From UHGV virus genome UHGV-0343432: a stretch of 64,000 bases of DNA. One strand, 5' to 3'. The position numbers and the translations under genes are program-made. The number at the start of each line of letters is the position of its first letter. Within the stretch, counting starts at the first letter, position 1. The notes beneath the pieces are model-generated. The model ran no database searches and had not been told where the DNA came from. It saw only the letters and a program-made list of their open reading frames with translations. Source of the DNA: a virus. Positions 47,006-56,400 of this stretch are shown in pieces.

Positions 47006-48625
47006 TTATGCTATTTCGATTCCTACTTCACCATCACCCTGTACGAGCATGATGTTTAATGTTACCTCAATCATGGGTACAATCAACCAAAGTTTCAGGT
47101 AAGCTTTGTATTTACCCATTTGAACGTCGTTCTTCTGGTTCACGGTTAGTGTATTAAGAGAACTTGCATCCTGATCACCCATGTACTCATACTTCCAAAG
47201 AGCTCTAGTGGATGTTCTTGCCAGGTTATCCAAGAAAGGTCTAATCTGGTTCCACATGGCTTTGAAAGTTACGGTATCACAAGGTTCTTTCAAGTAAGAA
47301 CGGTATACCGGAATCATTGTATTCTTGATGTAGAATACCAAGAACATGGATGATACAAATGAAAGGGCTGAATTCGTCTTCTGAGAAGTGTATGAAGAAG
47401 TCCACTCAATTGAACCATCACGGTAAACCATCGCATTGATACCATGGTTAGCCAAGATGTTCAACTCAGAAAGTCTGGCTGGAGTACCGAAATTCTGGAC
47501 TACTCCCAATGCGTTGAGAACTGTAGCACTCTGTTTTGATGCAGGGTCGAACCAAGCTCCACGGTTGTTGTGAGTCCATACTGTCAAACCGATTGTATCT
47601 GCAATCTCATCCAACTCAATCTCCATATCGGATGCAGTGTCATAGTGACGAATACCGCCGGTTGAGATTTGAGCAAACTCAGAATCTCCTATGGCTTCAT
47701 CCTTTGCAGTTGCAGCTTCTTCAGCTTTTCCAGGAACAGCCAAGACAGAACCATAGTAAACCATATCCTGTCTCAACGTTGCATAGGCAACACCTGCTGT
47801 ATGGATTGCATCTATTCTGGCACCAGGAACTGCAACAATCATTGAATCTGATACAGTGTCAAAGGCATGAAATCCATTATCTGTACCATCTCCAATGAAG
47901 TCGGAATCAGTTACGGGAGCTCCATCAGAACCACCAGCAAATACCGTGGTTGCAGGTACAATCTCTACCTTGGTAGCTCCAGTTAGAGTAGGTGCAGTTG
48001 CAGCTTTTCTGAAATTGAAGGTTGATGATAACTTGTTAAGGTTATTCAAGAACGTTTGTTTCTCCCACTCAAGATTCGGATCAGGCATGGGTACTGCCGA
48101 GTATGACTCACTTCCATCAGGATTTGAAGGCCAAGTCAACTTGATATCAAAAGCATTGGGATTACCATTTGTGGCAGCTTTCACTTCTACTTTGATACCA
48201 TTGTAATCAGCACCTGGGTATTTGGGTTCTACCACAAAAATCTCAGATACTGTAGGATCTGAATCAGTTGTGATGTTGGCTTTAACTGAAATGGCAGTTG
48301 CCTTCTTGGGTTCTACTTCAGAAGCCGTTTCACTTTGTCCCGCTCTATGAGTTACGCGGTTTATTCTCAATCTTGCTCCATAGGCTAACATCCGTTGAAC
48401 GTAGATATGGAACTTATCCAAACCCTTGGCATCAGATCCAAACATGCTCTTCGGAGCGGCACCACCATAGAGAGCCTCAAATTGATTCATTGTGGAAATA
48501 AGGATTGAAGGATCATTGATAGGTCCTCTTCTCGTAACTCCACTTACACAAACTATCCCTGTGGCAGGTACCGATGCCTGTTGGGTAAAGTCCTGTACGT
48601 TTACATTAACTACTGGAGTGTTCAT
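47006..48625 (-). CDS. tail sheath protein
   Basis: 539 aa. N-terminus PVVNVNVQDFTQQASVPATGIVCVSGVTRRGPINDPSILISTMNQFEALYGG matches the sheath consensus PGVY.eE.d..........t.vaafvG.t.rGP.n.P.litS..eF...fGG. Confidence 0.75.
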   Translation of the reverse strand: MNTPVVNVNVQDFTQQASVPATGIVCVSGVTRRGPINDPSILISTMNQFEALYGGAAPKSMFGSDAKGLDKFHIYVQRMLAYGARLRINRVTHRAGQSETASEVEPKKATAISVKANITTDSDPTVSEIFVVEPKYPGADYNGIKVEVKAATNGNPNAFDIKLTWPSNPDGSESYSAVPMPDPNLEWEKQTFLNNLNKLSSTFNFRKAATAPTLTGATKVEIVPATTVFAGGSDGAPVTDSDFIGDGTDNGFHAFDTVSDSMIVAVPGARIDAIHTAGVAYATLRQDMVYYGSVLAVPGKAEEAATAKDEAIGDSEFAQISTGGIRHYDTASDMEIELDEIADTIGLTVWTHNNRGAWFDPASKQSATVLNALGVVQNFGTPARLSELNILANHGINAMVYRDGSIEWTSSYTSQKTNSALSFVSSMFLVFYIKNTMIPVYRSYLKEPCDTVTFKAMWNQIRPFLDNLARTSTRALWKYEYMGDQDASSLNTLTVNQKNDVQMGKYKAYLKLWLIVPMIEVTLNIMLVQGDGEVGIEIA

Positions 48626-48670
48626 CGTTAAACTTTTTTAGGTTTTATAGATTAAATTAAAGTATTGTCA

Positions 48671-49387
48671 CTATTTCACTTGGAAATATAATTGTGTTTC
48701 GTTCACTTGTATAAGGTCCATGAAAAGGTTAACCTCAAGTAATGGAGATATCCCCTCTTCCTGAGCCCTTACTACAACTACATCCCAGGCATCTGGGATA
48801 TTGTATCTGTATACATCTTCTTGTGCATCATTCTCAGCATTCGGGTATAAGTTTGAGGTTAATAACTCACAAAAGAAAGTGGGTAGCTCATCTGGTAACT
48901 CTATACCGTCATATACCATCTTCGTTATTTTGTGATACCCTCTCCTTGGAATTGCCTTAGCCAGAATAGCATTTAGAACTCGTCCCTGGTTGATATTGTT
49001 ATAAACAAGGTGAATCTGCATGATATAGTTTACTGGCTGAGGTGGTAACTCGTACCTCGTGAATTTACCATCTGTACCCAATGTGTACTGTGTTCTTCCC
49101 CATTGTCCAAACTCGCCAGGTATACATTGTACTGTTCTCACTACCATACGAGCAAACTTCTTCTCACCCATCTCAACTGGAGCCAGGTTATTCAACACAT
49201 CAATACAGAACCCCTTCTCATCAGCTACCTTTCTTTGAGCTGCTTTGTAGGCTTCATATCCAGAAGTGGTTCTAGAGAATTTAGTGATATCAGGCATGTA
49301 TCCATAGTGGACAGCTTCTAGCCTTAAATTCTCAACTAAAGTTCTCTCTATTAATGTTTGAGTAATTGATAAACTAGTTTCGTTCAT
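48671..49387 (-). CDS. neck / tail-completion protein
   Basis: 238 aa, upstream of the sheath. Assigned by synteny. Confidence 0.4.
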   Translation of the reverse strand: MNETSLSITQTLIERTLVENLRLEAVHYGYMPDITKFSRTTSGYEAYKAAQRKVADEKGFCIDVLNNLAPVEMGEKKFARMVVRTVQCIPGEFGQWGRTQYTLGTDGKFTRYELPPQPVNYIMQIHLVYNNINQGRVLNAILAKAIPRRGYHKITKMVYDGIELPDELPTFFCELLTSNLYPNAENDAQEDVYRYNIPDAWDVVVVRAQEEGISPLLEVNLFMDLIQVNETQLYFQVK

Positions 49388-49395
49388 TGGGATGC

Positions 49396-50001
49396 TTATT
49401 TTTTAAATACTCGAATTCTCTGAGATATTGACCTACTTATAAAGTTAGCAAGTCCTACATTACCACCGAGTTTCTCGTACGTTCTACTAAAAAATGGTCT
49501 AGCTGGCGACCTACCAGTTCCACCCTCCAAAAATCTTACATATTCATCCACTGTAACCTGGTTAGCATATATCTCAGATATCATACTACTAGGTGGTATT
49601 ATATCACGTGGAGTGTTCTTCCTAATACCCACTGAAACTAACCCATATTTACCAGAATCCCTAAACTTCTGAACTGACCTGTAAAAGTTACCCATCATGT
49701 AACCAGCATGATCAGCCTTGTCATCTGTGATATAAGTTCTCTTCTTAGCTGCATATAGAGAAGAGTTCTCCACTATACCAATCTCAGCTCCCCCAGTTCT
49801 TATGTAATGTCTTAACCTAGTGTAATACCTATCTGCGAATGAGGATTGGGCTTCTCTAACTACTTGTTCTATCTCAGGACCCATGTTCATAAAACTATCA
49901 AGGGTATTGAGATCCCCCAATACCCTAATTTCTAGATTTCCAAAACCTAAGTTCCTATTTGATATTTTCCTATAATTAGGATTATCCCTTATGGTTGCCA
50001 T
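49396..50001 (-). CDS. neck / head-tail joining protein
   Basis: 201 aa. Assigned by synteny. Confidence 0.4.
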   Translation of the reverse strand: MATIRDNPNYRKISNRNLGFGNLEIRVLGDLNTLDSFMNMGPEIEQVVREAQSSFADRYYTRLRHYIRTGGAEIGIVENSSLYAAKKRTYITDDKADHAGYMMGNFYRSVQKFRDSGKYGLVSVGIRKNTPRDIIPPSSMISEIYANQVTVDEYVRFLEGGTGRSPARPFFSRTYEKLGGNVGLANFISRSISQRIRVFKK

Positions 50002-50558
50002 CAGATTTCTGTGTTTTCTTTTTCAGCTCTCTTCAAAATCAACCGGTAAAGTAAAGGGTTATCACCAGCCTGTGCAACTGGTTTATCTCCTGATGGTCTA
50101 TACTTGATACCATCAAGGTAGAAGAAATCCCTTACAGAGTCCATGTCCATAGATAAGTCCTCTTCACTACCACCACGTGTAAACCCTAGATCTTTCAGAT
50201 ACTTAAGGTTTATATAAACAACTACGTGTTCCTCGTCAAAAGTACCAGTAGTGGTTTCTGTATTCAAAGGCCAGTTCTTTATGGTATCATACATCACCAA
50301 CACTTTAATGGTCCTAATTTCCCACTTAGAGTTGTCATCTGTATTCTCCCCAAACTGGTTCATTGAAAACAGGTAGTGGTGCCAAGTCAACACGTTCCTG
50401 AAAGCATCATGTCTGAAACGGTTGATGATTGACTTATACCTGTTCCAATTATTAATACCTACGTAAGCCATGGAATCTCCTCCTATTTCCGGTGAACTTC
50501 TGGACTCTAGGTCCAGATACTCTGAATCGTTTATTATACAAGCTTCTATTATCATCAC
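50001..50558 (-). CDS. virion structural protein (start uncertain, possibly the Met at ~50471)
   Basis: 185-aa ORF. The listed start overlaps the upstream gene by 107 nt. An internal MAYVG start would reduce the overlap to about 20 nt. Confidence 0.35.
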   Translation of the reverse strand: MMIIEACIINDSEYLDLESRSSPEIGGDSMAYVGINNWNRYKSIINRFRHDAFRNVLTWHHYLFSMNQFGENTDDNSKWEIRTIKVLVMYDTIKNWPLNTETTTGTFDEEHVVVYINLKYLKDLGFTRGGSEEDLSMDMDSVRDFFYLDGIKYRPSGDKPVAQAGDNPLLYRLILKRAEKENTEI

Positions 50559-51024
50559 AGTATGGTACCTTAATTCCTATGCGACTTGCAAGAGAACAGA
50601 TACCAGCAAAGAGTACGTCCATCACTGAACCATTCTCACCCTGTGAAGACAACAAATCTTTTAATGCAGTAGAGGTAGAATAAAACTCAACCTTAGTCGG
50701 GCCAGTTGTAATACTCTTGATATTTCCCCCGTCAGGTGCAGATTCAGGGTCTACCTCTGTAGATTGATCCTTGGAATTGTTTCCCCCACCAATGAAAGCT
50801 ATGAATGAACCCATAGCTGCCATTTGGAAAGCGTCGTAAACTACTAACTTCGCGATTAATGAATTACACATATCCTCGAAGTTCTCGCAACGTAACTCTT
50901 TAGGGATTGATTCAAACCCGGGATTCATAAACAACTCCCAATATTTCTTCTTACCTTGAACCCATTTTGTATCAAGGGTTAAGTTACTAGGTAACTCAAG
51001 GTCTATGTATTCATTAACTGTCAT
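50452..51024 (-). CDS. virion structural protein
   Basis: 190-aa ORF. Confidence 0.4.
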   Translation of the reverse strand: MTVNEYIDLELPSNLTLDTKWVQGKKKYWELFMNPGFESIPKELRCENFEDMCNSLIAKLVVYDAFQMAAMGSFIAFIGGGNNSKDQSTEVDPESAPDGGNIKSITTGPTKVEFYSTSTALKDLLSSQGENGSVMDVLFAGICSLASRIGIKVPYCDDNRSLYNKRFRVSGPRVQKFTGNRRRFHGLRRY

Positions 51025-51431
51025 AGGTCAACTTCTATCCAAACTTGTTCTTTTCTATCTAAAGCTTCCTTAATCATCTCGTTCAGCTTATCCGAAGCCT
51101 TCCGAGAATTAAGAAGCTTCCCTTTCTCTTTGTTTTCTCCAACTAAGATACAACCTAATGTATCCTTAGCTGTGTTACCCGGGTGAATCATTATCCCTGT
51201 GAACTGGGGTACATTCTCCAAGTAGGGCATTACCCTTTTGAATTTAGAGGACATAGCCATAACTACTTTGTATTTCCCAGCCGGAATAGCTGTCTCACCA
51301 TAAATCTTCTTCTCCGAGTTTAAATCTCTCACTTTATCTTCCAACGTGTCGGAGAATTTTGTACCATCAACCATCAGAACTCCAATGGTATAGGTCTCTT
51401 TCTTGTATAATCTTTTAACTTCTAGCAGCAT
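51021..51431 (-). CDS. small putative cell-wall hydrolase with a YkuD-like (L,D-peptidase) His/Gly-Cys signature. Endolysin candidate
   Basis: GIMIHPGNTAKDTLGCILVG has a His 12 residues before an invariant-looking Gly-Cys-Ile, as in YkuD domains (..HG....SHGCIR). 136 aa. Confidence 0.3.
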   Translation of the reverse strand: MLLEVKRLYKKETYTIGVLMVDGTKFSDTLEDKVRDLNSEKKIYGETAIPAGKYKVVMAMSSKFKRVMPYLENVPQFTGIMIHPGNTAKDTLGCILVGENKEKGKLLNSRKASDKLNEMIKEALDRKEQVWIEVDL

Positions 51432-52152
51432 TTTTGTATATGTTATCTATGAATTCACTTCTAAATTGCTTGTAGAGTATCTCTATGTTATTTTTAGCAA
51501 CACGATATTGATACCCATCTTCACAATATATTTGTTTTAACATTGTGTCCTTCAATCTCTCTTTCCACTCAGTTGGGATAAAGAAGCTCAATGGAGATCC
51601 CTTGAACTTGAAGCTGAGTGCTCTTTCCCTATCATAAGATATCACGTTAGATGATAACATCTCCACTTTCTTCTCCACGTTTTCCCTGTTATCAATATGG
51701 TTATCCCTTATAATTTGCTCAAGATAGTTTATCACTCTAAGTTGACTCTTAGCAAAGAACATATCTGAAAGGTCATCTACCTGTCTGGAAGATATCTCAT
51801 CAGATACCCCTTCTACTAGAGTCTTCAGTAGTTGAGTATGACTTTGTAATAAGTTCCCTTGGTCTATGAGAGTATTTCTAAGTTCTACCATCTGACCTAA
51901 ATACTCCCTGTTAAAAGAGTCAGATTTCCTATTATCCCTTATCATGTTCAGGAACATTACTATGAACCCGATAAACAGAATTGCCATGGCAACTACCATG
52001 GCTGATTGTTCACTAATAAGGTTTGACATTTTATTGACAGCATCTACTGCTGATGTTATATCTCCAGGCGATGTTTGTAGTATCATATTTTTAAGGTTAT
52101 GAAAAGTAGGGAGAGGAGAGATAAACCAGGCTAAACCCCTCCCTATTGACAA
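51415..52152 (-). CDS. membrane protein adjacent to the hydrolase candidate (holin or lysis-accessory candidate)
   Basis: Strong TM segment at MVVAMAILFIGFIVMFLNMI. The coding regions overlap the hydrolase-like gene by 17 nt. Confidence 0.3.
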   Translation of the reverse strand: MSIGRGLAWFISPLPTFHNLKNMILQTSPGDITSAVDAVNKMSNLISEQSAMVVAMAILFIGFIVMFLNMIRDNRKSDSFNREYLGQMVELRNTLIDQGNLLQSHTQLLKTLVEGVSDEISSRQVDDLSDMFFAKSQLRVINYLEQIIRDNHIDNRENVEKKVEMLSSNVISYDRERALSFKFKGSPLSFFIPTEWKERLKDTMLKQIYCEDGYQYRVAKNNIEILYKQFRSEFIDNIYKNAARS

Positions 52153-52189
52153 TGATTAAAGAACTCATCTATTACAAATAAAGTCTCGA

Positions 52190-53482
52190 CTAAGATGTTA
52201 TGCTGATATTATACTCTTCCACAGACATTGTATCTAGAAGTGGTAATTTTATCCTCAAAACCCCCTTAATATTAGGAATAATAGCGTTAGTAAATGGGAT
52301 AAATGTCCCTGACCCGTCTACATTAAAGGCTAGGGTTGAAAGCATATTTGTTAAAGGCACTGGTACATTAGCCACAAGTAATTCTATACGATATTTATCA
52401 CGATTGTATATACCCTCAACCATACTGTTACAATTCATGATATCGACAGAATATGACCTACTTAAATATATCCCTCTTGGTAACCCATTTGCACCTGATT
52501 TAGATATCTCCAACAGAGTCCCAGTGGTGGAAGTAGTTTTGGGTTGTGCTGGTACCATGTTGGGTTTTACACTATCGTTTGTAGTACCTGTACCCCCTGT
52601 ACATACATATGAACTTTTCTTCATCAAATCTGCAATATATGGGCTTTTTGTAGTATTTGGTAACATATTACCCATGTACGTAAGAAATAGTTGATCCCTG
52701 AGTATATCACTGATAGTGTAGTCCCAATATGCAAAATCCTGTATATACCCATTCCACCAGTCATAGGGTTGAGTTATAGTTTGGAAACATCTACCAAGCC
52801 AAATATTCCCATCCCAACCTCTATCTCTACCAGAATAACTAATGGGTCCTGCATGTGGGTATTCACTTGGAGTTATAAGACCATTAAGTACACCATTCAA
52901 ATAAAATTCTACTGTTCTATTAGTCCCACTAAACCTCACTAAATAGTGATTCCACCCATTCTGAATAAAGGTACCTTTAGTTCCACTACAAAACTGGTTT
53001 CCCCCACCGTTATAAAATTGAAAACTTAAGGGGTCATCTGATAGTGGTACGTTTGACCTCTGTCCTATGGCATATCCTAACCCAAGTGAATGGTTACCCC
53101 CGATTACTCCTCCAAGTACACCATCTCTTGTAGTATTATTTTTACCCATAGAAAAAACACAAACGGATATAGTAAAATCCTTACCCTTTGTAATTGGGTC
53201 TAATTTTAGAGCAGCACCACCAGATATCAAATCCCAACATTTAGAGTGGTTAAATCCAGCTGTATAGGATTCTAATGTACCAACCATACCAATAGGGTTG
53301 TGGTTATTACCAGAATAATCTAAGGCATCACCATTTAATGGCATAAATATGGTGGGTTCATAGCCTAAGATAGGGCTATTGAAATCTGGCCAAACTTTCT
53401 CCCCATTTAGCCAAGCCTCTTTCACACTCTTACCACCCAAATACATAGATTTTATACTTTTACCACCTAATTTTATAGTCAT
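52190..53482 (-). CDS. tail fibre-associated protein with a concanavalin/LamG-like lectin domain
   Basis: 430 aa. GWNHYLVRFSGTNRTVEFYLNGVLNG is typical of a LamG/pentraxin jelly-roll. Immediately downstream of the long fibre gene. Confidence 0.4.
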   Translation of the reverse strand: MTIKLGGKSIKSMYLGGKSVKEAWLNGEKVWPDFNSPILGYEPTIFMPLNGDALDYSGNNHNPIGMVGTLESYTAGFNHSKCWDLISGGAALKLDPITKGKDFTISVCVFSMGKNNTTRDGVLGGVIGGNHSLGLGYAIGQRSNVPLSDDPLSFQFYNGGGNQFCSGTKGTFIQNGWNHYLVRFSGTNRTVEFYLNGVLNGLITPSEYPHAGPISYSGRDRGWDGNIWLGRCFQTITQPYDWWNGYIQDFAYWDYTISDILRDQLFLTYMGNMLPNTTKSPYIADLMKKSSYVCTGGTGTTNDSVKPNMVPAQPKTTSTTGTLLEISKSGANGLPRGIYLSRSYSVDIMNCNSMVEGIYNRDKYRIELLVANVPVPLTNMLSTLAFNVDGSGTFIPFTNAIIPNIKGVLRIKLPLLDTMSVEEYNISITS

Positions 53483-53493
53483 AATCCTGTAAT

Positions 53494-56400
53494 TTAAGAT
53501 TCAAGTATAATATATAATACACCTGCAGCCCCACCATCTGCTGTTGCTACCTGTATATCATTTACTCTTAGAGTAGAGGTTGATTTAACATACTTACTAT
53601 CATTCTCCAACTGACTCACTTTTGTAGGAACTGTTGGGATAGTGGGTTTATTAGTTAAATCATTATAACTTCCAGAAGTAGCTACAGTAGCCAAGTTTGG
53701 AGTACCTGACAAATCACTATATTTACCTGAGGTAGCAACTGTTGCAAATGTGGGTTTAGAACTTATCTCAGACCATGAATAAGCTGGCTTCTGAGCTTGC
53801 TTAGCCCAACTATAAACATCTGACGCAGGCATTGATGTTGGGAAGTCAGTGATTTGAGATTTAGTATGAGTATGTGAAGATGGTGGGAATGTAGTAGGCT
53901 TACCAGTAACTTCTCCCCATGAAACTGGGAACTTAGTTTGATCCGGCTCAGTCAATGCAATGACAGAACTTATGTCAGTAAGATATGATACAGTAACATT
54001 GGTTAGTACAGAACTGTAAGAATTATACCCCCTATCTACTTCATTAACCCAGACCTGGGGATATTTCCATGAAGTACTTACATCCCCAATTATGATAGAT
54101 AATTTACTATTATAATACCCTATCCTAACTTTTTGTGGTGACCCCAATACAACTACTGTTGGATTCACTATTCGTCCACTACCAGAATTATAATTATAGA
54201 CCCATACATGGATACGAGATGATGTTCCAGTCTGATAATTAAATAGAGTTATCAAGTAATGCGCCATTGTAGAGGTAGCCCCATAAGGTAATTGTATTGT
54301 CATTGCCCCCGTTACAGAACTCGTTTGAGTTGTATAACCTCCCAAATCATGGAATATAGCATTTGGATTAAAAAGTGTGGGGTTTATAGCTCTAATAGCT
54401 ATTAATTTCCCAGCTAAAAATCCCCTTACGTCTCCTGAAGATTTACTTACTTCAAAGTCAGGAGTTATACCCATCATTGAATTGGCAGTAACACCCTTAG
54501 TTAAATCCAACCCAGCGTGCCACCTTAACCTTGTTACAGATTGTTTTGCCCAAATTGCAACACATTCATTACCTTGAGAATCATACCCTATACCCCCACC
54601 ATAACTTGAGAAATTATTACCCCTAAAGTTTATGGTTTTACTATTCATAATATTAATATTTCCTTTCGAATATATACCATTTGTAGGTACTTTAGAATAA
54701 TCATCCCAAGAATCTGATATAAGTAAATCTTTAACATTAACACCCCTAGCAGTATTATAACCGGCAGCAATCCGACTCCCAGCGGCTAAATACCAACCAT
54801 AATCAGCTGTTGCCCCTATCTGTAATCCGTTTCTGGCTTGTATTAATCCAGCTGTTAATCCAGATAATGTATGAGCCTCATTACCAGAATAAAACGTTAT
54901 ATTGGTTATCCCATTAGTTAAATAACCACCAGAACCATTTCTATAGTTCCAAGCCATAGTTTGGGAACTTACATTAGCCCCAACCATATTAAACTCATTA
55001 CCATGAGATGTTAAGTTGTTATCATTTGCTCTAATAGCGAAATCTACATCTCGAGTTAACTCAGATACCTTACTCGGAATCGCTACTGATACAGCTGCAG
55101 AACCATTATAGGTTTTTGATTGGTATCCCGTAAATGTTAGAGCGTAAGGATTTGGTAAACTTCCAGGTATAGAGGGAATCGTTGGCTTATTGTTCAGGTC
55201 ATTGTAATTCCCTGATGTAGCTACAGTGGCAAATGTAGGTTTCCCAGATAATGTTGCCCATGTAGGATAAGCCGGTAGGTTTCCTTGGTGGTAAAAGGGT
55301 TGACCTTCTTCATTTAAAAGGTTAGACCTAATCATTACTGAACTAGGTTTCCAACCATTAACTGAACACCCTATTTTTAGGGTGTCTGCAGCCAACCACA
55401 TAATCTCTCTTGGGGTTCCTCCTTGGTCTTTTGTAGAGTATCCCTGATTGTATTGTACCACTGGTCTACCTAAGGCATCAAACCCAAAATAACCTTTCCC
55501 AGCTAACGGATAATATAACCCATCTGCTGTACCCTTCTCTAATGGGTTGGTTAAATTGTAAGCATCCCAAACCTTGTAGTTACTTGACCCTCTTACATGT
55601 ATAATGTCCTCAGCTGTACTCCTCAAGTGAAGTGGGAAATTTATAGTACCTACACCCACTCTTGTATTATTTCCAGAAGCTATAGTTCCCAATATAGTAT
55701 AAGCCGCAGTACCAGGAACATCATACCCTACAATCCCTTTATCTACAGGAAATGATACGTTCCCAGTCATTTTACCTCCTGCCAATGGGAGGTATTTTGC
55801 CAAGTCTGTTGTTTGTACAGGATTGGGAAGGTTGGCAGCATCCCACATCTTATAATAGGCACTTCCTTTCAAGTGCATCACATCCATAGAACCACCAGTC
55901 CTTGCCACTAATGGTAAAGCATTTGACCCAACGTTAACCCCATTATCATTACCGGATGAGATGATTCTTGCCAACAAGTAATTATTACTTGTTGTAGGTG
56001 CAGTACCTAAAACCCATGTTTTATTCTCTGGAACGTACAAGTTCCCAGTCATGGCATGGTCAGCTCCACCCGCTCTTGGGATATAGTCTGTTCTGATAGC
56101 AGTTAAGTCATTCAGAATGTTATCAATGATATCTGGGTTATTCTTCAAAGCTTCTGCCAACTCTTCGAGAGTATCCAACACATCTGGAGCATCTCCAATT
56201 AAATCTTGGATTTTCTGAAGTACGAAGTCCTCAGTAGCTTTAGCATCCCAGGTATCTTTATCCTGTTTTGTCACGTGAACGTTACCATCAGCTATATGAG
56301 TCAATATAGGTTGAATCCTACTCAACTCTGACTGAGTGACAACGTTTAAACTCGGGTCATCTATCGGTTCTACCGAGATACAGAGTTTATCTACCTTATT

